From Hyalangium minutum (GTDB lineage Bacteria > Myxococcota > Myxococcia > Myxococcales > Myxococcaceae), in contig NZ_JMCB01000025.1 of NCBI RefSeq assembly GCF_000737315.1, forward strand, positions 40,550 through 104,549: a stretch of 64,000 nucleotides of DNA, written 5' to 3'. The translations under genes were made by a program, and so were the position numbers. Positions 20,734 to 29,561 of the stretch are shown one piece after another (position 1 is the first letter of the stretch; every line of letters begins with the position of its first letter). The notes below the pieces were generated by a model. That model was not told where the DNA came from, ran no database searches, and worked only from the letters and a program-made list of their open reading frames with translations.

Positions 20734-22151
20734 GTGCCTCGCTCCCTGGATGGGGGTGTGAGGGCCCGCTGTGAGGGCAGTGGGCTCCAGGAGATGAAGC
20801 CGTAGGTCCGGGGCTTGGAGGCATCCCCGCCCGTAGCCTCCGTGAGTATTCCTCCCAGCACCACGCCTCCCGCAGCGGTTGTCACGGCATAGCCGTAGTC
20901 GTTCTCGAAAGTCCCATCGTGGTCGGTCCACCGGACGTCCCCAGCGGGGCTGAAGAGCACACCGGCGACGTCATTCTTGCCCTGGCTCTGGAGCTTCCGG
21001 TCCGCTCCCAGCTCCAGCGTCGCGGTGAAGTGCCCCACCATCACCACCTCGCCGGACGGAGTGAGGGCGAGCGCGTGTCCCGAGGTCAGGGTGGGGTAGC
21101 GGTGCCGCCAGAGCTCCTCGCCTCGCTCGGTGAGGTGCGAGATGAAGCCCTCGAAGCCACCCGCGGAGAAGAGGATCTCACCCGGTTGAGGCTTCACCTC
21201 GCCCTGGAAGAGGCCCGTCAGGAACAGGGTGCCGTCGGAGGCGGGGACCACGGACTTCGCCATGTCGAAGTTCGGACCTCCGAAGGCTCGGGACCAGAGA
21301 CAGCGCCCGTCACCTGAGAATGCGGCCAGGAATGCATCCGAGTCTCCCGCGCTGGTGAGCAGGCCCGCTCCGAAGTCCACCGCACCTGCTGCGGGAGCCG
21401 CATTGCTGGAGAAGTGGCCGGTGAGCAGCAAGGTGCCGGAGGGCGCCACCGCGACGTCCCGTCCGATGTCATCCCCCGCGCCGCCGAAGACCTGCGCCCA
21501 TCGAGGCGTGCCATCCTGGCCCGAGAGCTTCACGAGGAAGAGGTCATTCAGCCCAGCGCTGGTGCGAGGGCCAAAGCCCAGGTCCACCTCGCCGTCGAAG
21601 CGCCCCGTGACGAAGACGTCTCCCGCGGAGTCATATGCCGCCGAGCGGCAGTCCGAGCCTCCGGCTCCGCCGAACCTCCGCACCCACTGCACTTGGCCGT
21701 CCGCTCCCTTCAGCTTCGCTACGAAGCAGTCGGGGCCCCCTGCTCCAGTCCGTGCGCCCTCCAGGTCCGCTGCTCCCGTGAGATTGCCTGTGACCAGGAG
21801 CGAGCCATCGGCTCCCGCCTCGATGGCCTGGCCCAGGTCGTCGCCGGAGCCGCCCCAGCGCCGCACCCAGCGCACCCGTGTGTCTGGTCCCAGCCGGGCC
21901 ACGAAGACATCCTGCCCGCCAGCGGACAGCAGGCGCTGGTCGCGTAGGAAGGTCTCTCCCTCGAAGGAACCGATGGCGAAGAGGTCTCCGTCCTGAGTCG
22001 CGAGCCCGCTGATCTGCGAGCTGCCCGAGCCTCCGAGCTCTACGCGCCACGGAAGTCCTGGAGGAGGAGAGAGGTACTTCGGGGCCGTCGAGCAGCCGCA
22101 CAGCCCAGCCAGGATGCCTGCCAGCAGAGACGTGAGACGCGAGGGATTCAC
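20727..22151 (-). CDS. Lipoprotein with beta-propeller repeats (SBBP-like)
   Basis: Lipobox LCGC; repeated S.G..D.F..KL....G...W....GG.G.D.G units. Confidence 0.75.
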   Translation of the reverse strand: MNPSRLTSLLAGILAGLCGCSTAPKYLSPPPGLPWRVELGGSGSSQISGLATQDGDLFAIGSFEGETFLRDQRLLSAGGQDVFVARLGPDTRVRWVRRWGGSGDDLGQAIEAGADGSLLVTGNLTGAADLEGARTGAGGPDCFVAKLKGADGQVQWVRRFGGAGGSDCRSAAYDSAGDVFVTGRFDGEVDLGFGPRTSAGLNDLFLVKLSGQDGTPRWAQVFGGAGDDIGRDVAVAPSGTLLLTGHFSSNAAPAAGAVDFGAGLLTSAGDSDAFLAAFSGDGRCLWSRAFGGPNFDMAKSVVPASDGTLFLTGLFQGEVKPQPGEILFSAGGFEGFISHLTERGEELWRHRYPTLTSGHALALTPSGEVVMVGHFTATLELGADRKLQSQGKNDVAGVLFSPAGDVRWTDHDGTFENDYGYAVTTAAGGVVLGGILTEATGGDASKPRTYGFISWSPLPSQRALTPPSRERGTQ

Positions 22152-22189
22152 CCGCTCAGTCTACGCGCATCCTCCCGCAGCAGCGCCGC

Positions 22190-22975
22190 TCAGGCGCGGG
22201 CGCGAAGGAACTCGAGCAGCGGCGGGTTGACCGCGTGAGGATGGGTGAGGTTGGCGGCATGGGCGGCTCCGGGGATGGGAACGAAGGAGGAACTGCCCGA
22301 CATCATCAGGTGGAGCAGCTCTCCTTGCGCCGGAGGCACGCTGAGGTCCTCCGAGCCATGGAGGATGAGGGAGGGACAGCGGATGTTCTTGAGCTGCGGG
22401 TAGATGTCATCCCGCTCCATGAGGCAGAGCGTGGCGGCGAGGATGTGCGCGCCCGAGAGCACGCGCCAGCGGCTGAACCAGTGTCTGAAGCGGAACGGCT
22501 CTCCGAAGAGCTCGCTGGCGAGGATGTTCAGGAGGGGATCGATGGGACCCTCGGAGGACCAGATCCTCGCCATGTCCAGGTAGATCTCCCGCAGCTGTGG
22601 ATCCTCCCGCGTGGCGCGCGTGCCCAGGAGCACCAGGGCCTTCACGCGCTCGGGGTAGCGCAGCGCGGCGCGCAGGGCGCACTGGCCGCCCAGGTTCACG
22701 CCTCCCACCACGGCCTGATCGATGCCGAGGTAGTCGAGCAGCGCAATGCAGTCATCCGCCGAATCCCAGAGCGAGAAGGGCTTGCCGTCCCAGTGCGTGC
22801 GGCCCAGCGCGCGCGCGTCCCACCGGATGATGCGGAACTCCGGCGCCAGCACGAGCGCCTGGGGATCGAACATCCGGCTGTCCAGCGGGAAGTCGTGTCC
22901 CAGGATGAGCGGGCGCCCAGGCCCGCCCGTGTCTTCGTAGTGGATGTTCTGGCCGTGCAGCGAGGCAAAGGGCAT
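22190..22975 (-). CDS. Alpha/beta fold hydrolase
   Basis: IHYEDTGG.G.PLILGH, WDARALG, nucleophile elbow GVNLGG (Asn instead of Ser), C-terminal GAAHAAN. Confidence 0.85.
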   Translation of the reverse strand: MPFASLHGQNIHYEDTGGPGRPLILGHDFPLDSRMFDPQALVLAPEFRIIRWDARALGRTHWDGKPFSLWDSADDCIALLDYLGIDQAVVGGVNLGGQCALRAALRYPERVKALVLLGTRATREDPQLREIYLDMARIWSSEGPIDPLLNILASELFGEPFRFRHWFSRWRVLSGAHILAATLCLMERDDIYPQLKNIRCPSLILHGSEDLSVPPAQGELLHLMMSGSSSFVPIPGAAHAANLTHPHAVNPPLLEFLRARA

Positions 22976-23158
22976 GCGTGCGGCGACGATGCCCGGGCTA
23001 CCCCCCGCCAGGGGATACCACTCGAGGCGTATCCCCGCGCGAGCCGTGGCGCGAGGCTTACGCGCGTCCGAGCGTCTGCCATTGCACGCGCACGGAAGGT
23101 CGGCTACGGCGCAAGGCCTTGCCAGCCTCTCTTTCGGGAGCTGCACGGAGGTACCGAG

Positions 23159-23770
23159 ATGAAGGGAACCATCCTGAAGATCGTCCAGGCAGGAGACCCG
23201 GTGCTGCGGCAGCAGGCCCGGGACCTGACTCCCGAGGAGATCTCCAGCCCCGAGGTGAAGGCGCTCATCGAGCGCATGCGCGACACGATGCGCGACACCC
23301 CCGGCGTGGGGCTGGCCGCGCCGCAGGTGGGCGTGAGCCTGCGGCTGGTGGTGGTGGAGGACCGGGCCGAGTACCAGGCGGGGCTCTCGCCTGAGGAACT
23401 GGCCCTGCGCGAGCGCAAGCCAGTGCCCTTCCACGTCCTCATCAACCCACGGCTGGTGGTGGAGGACCCGACCCCCGCGGAGTTCTACGAGGGGTGCCTG
23501 AGCGCGAGCGGCTACGCGGCCCTGGTCCGGCGTGCGAGCGGCGTGCGCGTGGAGGCCCTGGATGAGAATGGGAAGCCCGTCTCCATCTCGGCCCGAGGCT
23601 GGTACGCCCGCATCCTCCAGCACGAGGTGGATCACCTGGAGGGCACGCTCTACCTGGACCGGATGGAGACGCGCAGCTTCACCACGGCCGAGAACCAGCG
23701 CCGCTACTGGGCCGGGCGCACCACGGCGCAGGTCCGCGAGGCGCTCGGGCTGCAGAACCCCTCGAAGTAA
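23159..23770 (+). CDS. def: Peptide deformylase
   Basis: GVGLAAPQVG, EGCLS, QHEVDHL. Confidence 0.96.
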   Translation: MKGTILKIVQAGDPVLRQQARDLTPEEISSPEVKALIERMRDTMRDTPGVGLAAPQVGVSLRLVVVEDRAEYQAGLSPEELALRERKPVPFHVLINPRLVVEDPTPAEFYEGCLSASGYAALVRRASGVRVEALDENGKPVSISARGWYARILQHEVDHLEGTLYLDRMETRSFTTAENQRRYWAGRTTAQVREALGLQNPSK

Positions 23771-23858
23771 GAGGGTGCACGAGCCGGTGGTTCACGGCCC
23801 GTCAGAGCTGGAATTGTTCTGTGGTAGACTTTGCCCCTCATCACTTGAGGGGGAGTTC

Positions 23859-25571
23859 ATGTCATTCCGCGCTTCGACCTGGGCCGCTATCGCAGGGCTA
23901 TGCCTGTGCACCTGCCGTCACGCGCCGCCCCAAAGCGGTACCCAGATTCCGGAGGATGCGCGGGTCGCTGACGCCTACGGCGATGTCATCGAGATCGAGC
24001 AAGGCTGGACCGACAACACGCAGCAGTCCTTCTACAACACACCCCAGGGCTCCGAGGTCCTCCCCTATGCGTGGGTCGTCGTCCTGGAGCAGAGCGCCAG
24101 CGAGAAGCCCTTCCTGGACCCTGCCAACATCGAGCGCTTCCGCTACATCCCCCGGAAGAAGACCGCGTCGAACCCGGACGGAATGCCCATCGGTTGGACC
24201 AAGAGCACGGATGCCTCGGGCAAGGCGTGGTTCGGCATGGCCTGCGCGGCTTGCCACACCGGGCAGCTCGAGTACACCCACCCTCAGACCCAGCAGAAGG
24301 TGGGGATCCGGGTGGATGGCGCTCCCACCCTCGCTGACTTCAATCTGATGAACCTCGAGCTCGTGGCGGCTCTGAAGGCCACGCTCACCGATCAGGCCAA
24401 GTTCGACCGGTTCGCCAAGGCCGTGCTGAAGGACGGTGACTCGCCCAACGCCCGCAGCGGGCTGCGCGGAGAGCTGCAGGCCCAGACGGCGGCGCTCAAC
24501 GCTCGCAACGAGATCAACAAAGCCCATCTCGAGTACGGGTTCGCTCGAATCGATGCCATCGGGTTCATCTTCAACCAGACGATGTCCACCCTGCCCGGCA
24601 TTCCCGAGAATGCCAAGCCCTCGGACGCGCCCGCGAGCTACCCGTTCCTCTGGGGGACTGATCAGTCGGATGTGGTGCAGTGGACCGGCTTCGCGGCCAA
24701 CTTCTCGGGCGCGGGCATCCTCGTGCGCAATGGCGGTGAGGTCATCGGTGTCTACGGCAAGGTCGCGCTCACCCAGGCCACGGAGTACGAGTCGAGCTTC
24801 CTCATCGAGAACCTGGGCTATTACGAGAACTGGGTTCGCGAGCTGAACTCGCCGGCCTGGCCGGAGACAGTGCTTCCTCCCGTTGATCAGGCCAAGGCCG
24901 CCCAGGGTGCGAAGCTCTTTGCCAACGCCTGTGCCCAGTGCCACCAGGTCATCCCGCGCTCGGCCGCCATCACCACCGCCTACGTGGCCAACATCACCCC
25001 CATCGAGCTGCTCGGGACCGACCCCACCGAGCTCTCCAACATGAGTGAGCGCCAGTACCAGGCCGGCATCTACGCTGGAAAGAAGGCCGCCTCCATCGCG
25101 GGCTCGGAGATCCCCCACCCCACGACCGGATTGGATCCTCTCATCAACGCCGTCTCCGGATCGCTGCTCAAGCACAAGATCGAGTCCGCCAAGGCGTTTG
25201 CCGATCAGTACGCGACCCGCACCAAGCTGCCGAAGACCAGCGCCCCCGGCTACAAGGGGCGGCCGCTCAACGGCATCTGGGCGACGGCTCCCTACCTCCA
25301 CAATGGCTCGGTGCCGAACCTGTACGAGATGCTGCTGCCCGCCGCTCAGCGCAGCAAGACGTTCACGCTGGGCAGCCGTGAGTTCGATCCGGTGCGAGTG
25401 GGCTACTCGATGGAGCAGCCGAAGACGGCCTCCGACTACACCCCGTTCACCCTCGACACGAGCATCAAGGGCAACTGGAACACCGGCCACGAGTACCTCA
25501 CCACCCGGGATGGTGTCCCCTTCACCGAGGAGCAGCGCTGGCAGCTCGTGGAGTACATGAAGACGCTGTAG
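23859..25571 (+). CDS. Di-heme cytochrome c of the RoxA/cytochrome-c-peroxidase-like family, probable lipoprotein
   Basis: Two CxxCH (CAACH, CAQCH) and YKGRPLNGIWATAPYLHNGSVP; N-terminal hydrophobic segment with Cys; GGGAG RBS. Confidence 0.85.
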   Translation: MSFRASTWAAIAGLCLCTCRHAPPQSGTQIPEDARVADAYGDVIEIEQGWTDNTQQSFYNTPQGSEVLPYAWVVVLEQSASEKPFLDPANIERFRYIPRKKTASNPDGMPIGWTKSTDASGKAWFGMACAACHTGQLEYTHPQTQQKVGIRVDGAPTLADFNLMNLELVAALKATLTDQAKFDRFAKAVLKDGDSPNARSGLRGELQAQTAALNARNEINKAHLEYGFARIDAIGFIFNQTMSTLPGIPENAKPSDAPASYPFLWGTDQSDVVQWTGFAANFSGAGILVRNGGEVIGVYGKVALTQATEYESSFLIENLGYYENWVRELNSPAWPETVLPPVDQAKAAQGAKLFANACAQCHQVIPRSAAITTAYVANITPIELLGTDPTELSNMSERQYQAGIYAGKKAASIAGSEIPHPTTGLDPLINAVSGSLLKHKIESAKAFADQYATRTKLPKTSAPGYKGRPLNGIWATAPYLHNGSVPNLYEMLLPAAQRSKTFTLGSREFDPVRVGYSMEQPKTASDYTPFTLDTSIKGNWNTGHEYLTTRDGVPFTEEQRWQLVEYMKTL

Positions 25572-25628
25572 GCGTCTCGGCGGGGCGGTGTCCGCTGAGC
25601 GGGACTCAAAACTCGATACACTGAGTCC

Positions 25629-26705
25629 ATGCGCTCTCTGGATGTGTGCACCGCCCTCCTCGTCACCACCGGCAACCGTGCGCTGCGCGAGCCCTCGATG
25701 GTCTCTTGGGAGGCCATTGAGGACTTCATGAGCATCGGCCTCCGCGCGGAGAGCCGCATGTACTCGCGCGTCACCGTGCTGGATGAGCACGGCGGACGGC
25801 GCTCCTTCCAGGAGTGGCTCTCGGCCCTCGCCTCACCCCAGGCGCGTCTGTGGTTCGCGCCGGGGCCCTGGGAGACGGATCCGCAAGGGGACTCGGCGGA
25901 GCTGCCCGCTCACATCCGCGAAGCGTTCCTGGGAGGCGGTGGATGGGGCCTCCTCCTCTTCACGGATGGCCCGCGCTCCGAGCGGTTCATGCCGCGCGAG
26001 GTGCGCCCGCGCCTCTATGAAATCTCCGGCCGCCAGCTCTTCGAGTTCTATCGGGGCCGCAAGCGGGCCGACGCCTGGGAGGAGGCGCTGAAGCGCGAGT
26101 TCGCCCCAGAGCTTCAGGGCCGCAGCGTCCGCGCCTTCCTCGAGTCCCGCAGCCTCGATGACATGCAGGAGGTCATCCAGCGCTTCATGCCGCTGTCCGT
26201 CGACGTGGAGCCCGTGGGTGAGGGCCACGAGGTGGACACCGATGAGACCGTGAAGTGGAACCTCTTCTTCTCACCCGCCCCCGGTTCCACCAGCCTCTCC
26301 TTCGAGTACCTCCCCGTGGGGCCGGGAGAGGCGGCCTCGGCCGAGCGGGACTTGAGCCGCTGCCGCGCCGCGCTCGCGAGTGCCCTGGAGGCCGTGCGCA
26401 CCTTCGCTGACAAGCAGGACCTGAAGTACTGGAGCAAGCACTTCCGTCGCTGCCTGCTGCGCCTGTCGCTCGAGCCCCAGCCCCTCGAGGACCTCCTCGA
26501 ACTGCTCCTGACCCACAAGCTGCCCGTGCCCGCTGTCCAGCTCGCGAACGCCGCCATGGCCTCCGATGTATTTGGTGGGATGGGCTCTTGGAACGATCTG
26601 GGCTTCGACGGCCCGGACGCCCAGGTGTACCAGGAGCTCTCCAATCGGCTCCTTCAGGCGATGAAGTCGGCCTTCCGCGCCGCCATCAACAGCTCCGCCG
26701 CCTGA
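25629..26705 (+). CDS. Hypothetical protein with C-terminal DUF6966-like motif
   Basis: GC3-biased codons; DVFGGMGSWND motif. Confidence 0.6.
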   Translation: MRSLDVCTALLVTTGNRALREPSMVSWEAIEDFMSIGLRAESRMYSRVTVLDEHGGRRSFQEWLSALASPQARLWFAPGPWETDPQGDSAELPAHIREAFLGGGGWGLLLFTDGPRSERFMPREVRPRLYEISGRQLFEFYRGRKRADAWEEALKREFAPELQGRSVRAFLESRSLDDMQEVIQRFMPLSVDVEPVGEGHEVDTDETVKWNLFFSPAPGSTSLSFEYLPVGPGEAASAERDLSRCRAALASALEAVRTFADKQDLKYWSKHFRRCLLRLSLEPQPLEDLLELLLTHKLPVPAVQLANAAMASDVFGGMGSWNDLGFDGPDAQVYQELSNRLLQAMKSAFRAAINSSAA

Positions 26706-26708
26706 GTC

Positions 26709-26731
26709 CCCACCCCTCAGGTCTGGGTGGG
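26709..26731 (+). terminator. Short hairpin after stop codon
   Basis: CCCACCC / GGGTGGG 7-bp stem. Confidence 0.35.
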
Positions 26732-26783
26732 AAGATGTAAACCCTTGAACATATTTCCTGTCAGGAGTGCGCCCGGTTTCTCG

Positions 26784-26813
26784 CCAATATCTCGCCAATT
26801 GGGTACCAATTGG
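26784..26813. promoter_or_regulatory. Three CCAAT boxes at 11-bp spacing (putative operator)
   Basis: CCAAT at 26784, 26795 and 26806; the last two extend to palindromic CCAATTGG. Confidence 0.55.
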
Positions 26814-26855
26814 GAAGTTGTCGAGCGATACTGATCCTGGGGAGGGACAACGCAC

Positions 26856-29552
26856 ATGGGCTGGATCCGAGACCGGATGGAGGACCTGGAGCCACCGGTG
26901 CAGAGCTTGATCGAGCTGGCTCAGCGCGTGCGCAAGGCTCAGTCCTGGCCTCGGGCCGAGCGAATCAAGGAGTCCTCCCTGGCCACCTACCTGGGCAAGT
27001 TCGACGCCGGCGAGGCGCTCGAGTGGCTCGAGCAGCGCCCGGGCGCGCTCCAGGCGCTGGCCGAGATTCTGGAGATGACTCAGGAAGAGGCCGGGGAGCA
27101 GCTCTCCCAGCTCCAGCCGCCTCGCTCCAGCAGCGGCGCCCGTGTCCGGCTCCGGGACGTTCCGGTCCGCCCCATGGATCTGCGGCGGGAGTCCCTGCCG
27201 CCCGGCATCCCCGTGCAGGTGCGTGATCCGGCGACCTGGCCCCTGTGGTGGCAGGCCTCGAGCGGCGCGGGCCGGACGCTGACGGGGCAGTGGCTCGAAG
27301 CGCGCGGTCAGGCGCTGTTCCTACAGGCCGAGACGTGGGCCGAGGCCGTGCGCCAGCTCCCGGAGCAGGGCGCGGTGTACCTCGTGCTGGGCTCCGCGGA
27401 GGGGGCTCCCTTGCAGGCGACGTGGCCCTCCGGGCTGAAGTTGTGTGTGGCCACCGATGCGCCTCCGCCGCGGCCGCCGGAGCGGGAGGTGGAGCGAATC
27501 CCTCGGGAGCCGCGCGAGCTCTCCAAGGCCTCGGGCTCGCGCCGGCCGGCGCCCTCGGTGTGGCTCTCGGTGAGCAGCCCGGATGCGCGCTCGGTGCTGC
27601 GCGAGCTGCTCGAGTGGGTGGACGAGCGCATCACCGTGGCGGGGTTCGATCGGGAGGCGTGCCTGCGGTGGCTGGAGACGCCCGACATCCTCGCCCGCGT
27701 GGACACCCTGGGCACGGCGCTGGGCTTCATCGGCCTCTTCGCCACCTATGGGAAGAAGGGGGAGGAGTCGGGGCTGGCCAAGGCGCGCAGCGCGGCGGAC
27801 CTGGCCCGTCTCTTTCTCCGCCTGCGTCTGCAGCAGAGCGAGAGCGTGGAGGTGCCGTTCGACCTGCTCTGGCAGCGGCTCCAGCACCTGGGCCAGCGCC
27901 TGCTGCTGGAGAGCGAGGACCCTGGGGCCGAGGTCCGGTCCATGGACGCGTGGCTCTCCCTGGTGCGCATGCGGCCGGATGATGCGGACCTGGAGTGGCT
28001 CAAGGAACTGGAGCGCCAGGGCTTGAAGGTGGACCGCAAGAGCCTGGACAAGCTCCAGGCCATGCTCCCGGCGGACGCGTTCCGGGTGGTGCGGTCACTG
28101 AAGGAACTCAGCTTGTTGCGAGAGCGGCAGCCTCAGCAGTTGGCCTTCCAGCCTTCGTGGATGCTGGCCGGGCTGATCGAGCAGGCCCTGCTGGAAACCC
28201 TGGATCAAGGTCCTCTGGCTTGGGGCAATGTCCTGCTGCGCCAGGAGCACGCGCCGGCGGTGTTCGGGGCGTTGCTGGATCGCTGCCGCTGCGGCGACTT
28301 CACGCTGGCGCGAGCGGTGCTCCAGGCTCCCGACACGCGGAACCCGGCCTGGGTCGCCGCACTCGAGGCCATTTTCCGCGTGCTGGGCCTGGTCGTCCTC
28401 GAGGGGAATGCTGTGCCGGAGGACCTCCGCCAGGGCGTGCTCCGGCTGCAGCGGGCGCTGGTGGTCCCGGATGCCGGGGGCCTGCCTCGGCCTCGCATCG
28501 CGTACGAGCTGCCGTCCGCGCGCGAGTCCCTGCTGGTCGATCACCGGGTCTGGTACGCCGCGCTCCTGGCGCTGTCCGAGACGCTGGCCCCGCAGGCGGA
28601 GCTGTCGCTGGATTCGTGGTGCACGAAGCCCTCGGCGGATGCCCGGCGGTGGTTGCTGTACATGGCCTCGTACCGGTCTCCCCAGGAGCCGCGCATGCCG
28701 GAGGCATGGCTCCTGCCGCTGTTGTTGCTGGGCGGCCGGTTGCTGGACAATCTGGGGCCGCTGGCGCCGTCCTCCGCGGCGACTCCGCTGTTGCTCCAGC
28801 CCGAGCGCTTGCTGCGCTCCCTGCAGGAGCCAGAGGTCTCTCTGAGCCAACTGAATCAGGCGGTGTCCTGGCATGCGCTGGGGCCGCTGCTGCCGGAGTA
28901 TGCGCGGCGGCGCGGCGGAGACTGGGCGCTGTGCGTCCGGAAGATCTGGGCGGCGTGGCTCTCGTCGAGCACCTCGGACCTTCCGTCATTCCTCTATCCG
29001 GAGGAGGCCCACGCGGAGATCTTCTGGAAGTACCTGCCGCCGCAGGCGGTCGAGGTGCTCGCCAGCAAGCGGCATCGGCACCTGCTGGGAGAGAAGGAGG
29101 CCTGCCGATTCTTCCAGGCGGAGCACTGGGAGGCGTTCAGCCGGGTGTGGATCGAGAAGACCGAGCCGTGGGGCACCGCGCCCATACACGCGCTCTGGCA
29201 GCGGATCCCCGCCGAGTATGTGCGGCAGGCCATCCGGGCCGGGCGGCCGGACGCGCATGATCAGATGACGCGCAAGGAGCTCTGGCAGCGCCTGCCCGAG
29301 GTGTTCTGCGAGGAGATCGACGCGCTGTTCCGCCAGGGGCAGTGGGACAAGGCGCTGACCCAGGTGTGGGGAGCGCCTCCGTCGGCGATTCCCCGGCTGC
29401 TGGCCAGCGCGAAGGCGGCGCTGGAGCACCGGGGCGCGTCTCCGCCGGCCTCGGTCATCCAGTGGCTGCACCAGATGATCGCCCAACGGGCACCGGACTG
29501 GAGCAAGGCCTGGACGCTGCTGGAGTACCTGATGCCTCCGGCTCCGGTGTGA
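26856..29552 (+). CDS. Large hypothetical protein; possible N-terminal helical DNA-binding domain and degenerate P-loop
   Basis: 898-aa ORF with host codon bias and GGAGG RBS; WWQASSGAGRTL resembles Walker A. Confidence 0.7.
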   Translation: MGWIRDRMEDLEPPVQSLIELAQRVRKAQSWPRAERIKESSLATYLGKFDAGEALEWLEQRPGALQALAEILEMTQEEAGEQLSQLQPPRSSSGARVRLRDVPVRPMDLRRESLPPGIPVQVRDPATWPLWWQASSGAGRTLTGQWLEARGQALFLQAETWAEAVRQLPEQGAVYLVLGSAEGAPLQATWPSGLKLCVATDAPPPRPPEREVERIPREPRELSKASGSRRPAPSVWLSVSSPDARSVLRELLEWVDERITVAGFDREACLRWLETPDILARVDTLGTALGFIGLFATYGKKGEESGLAKARSAADLARLFLRLRLQQSESVEVPFDLLWQRLQHLGQRLLLESEDPGAEVRSMDAWLSLVRMRPDDADLEWLKELERQGLKVDRKSLDKLQAMLPADAFRVVRSLKELSLLRERQPQQLAFQPSWMLAGLIEQALLETLDQGPLAWGNVLLRQEHAPAVFGALLDRCRCGDFTLARAVLQAPDTRNPAWVAALEAIFRVLGLVVLEGNAVPEDLRQGVLRLQRALVVPDAGGLPRPRIAYELPSARESLLVDHRVWYAALLALSETLAPQAELSLDSWCTKPSADARRWLLYMASYRSPQEPRMPEAWLLPLLLLGGRLLDNLGPLAPSSAATPLLLQPERLLRSLQEPEVSLSQLNQAVSWHALGPLLPEYARRRGGDWALCVRKIWAAWLSSSTSDLPSFLYPEEAHAEIFWKYLPPQAVEVLASKRHRHLLGEKEACRFFQAEHWEAFSRVWIEKTEPWGTAPIHALWQRIPAEYVRQAIRAGRPDAHDQMTRKELWQRLPEVFCEEIDALFRQGQWDKALTQVWGAPPSAIPRLLASAKAALEHRGASPPASVIQWLHQMIAQRAPDWSKAWTLLEYLMPPAPV

Positions 29553-29561
29553 GGCCGGGCC

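Noticed and set aside
23107-23123. Possible sigma-54 promoter before def (GCAAGGCCTTGC palindrome)
   Set aside because: GG-GC spacing is off by one base on both strands
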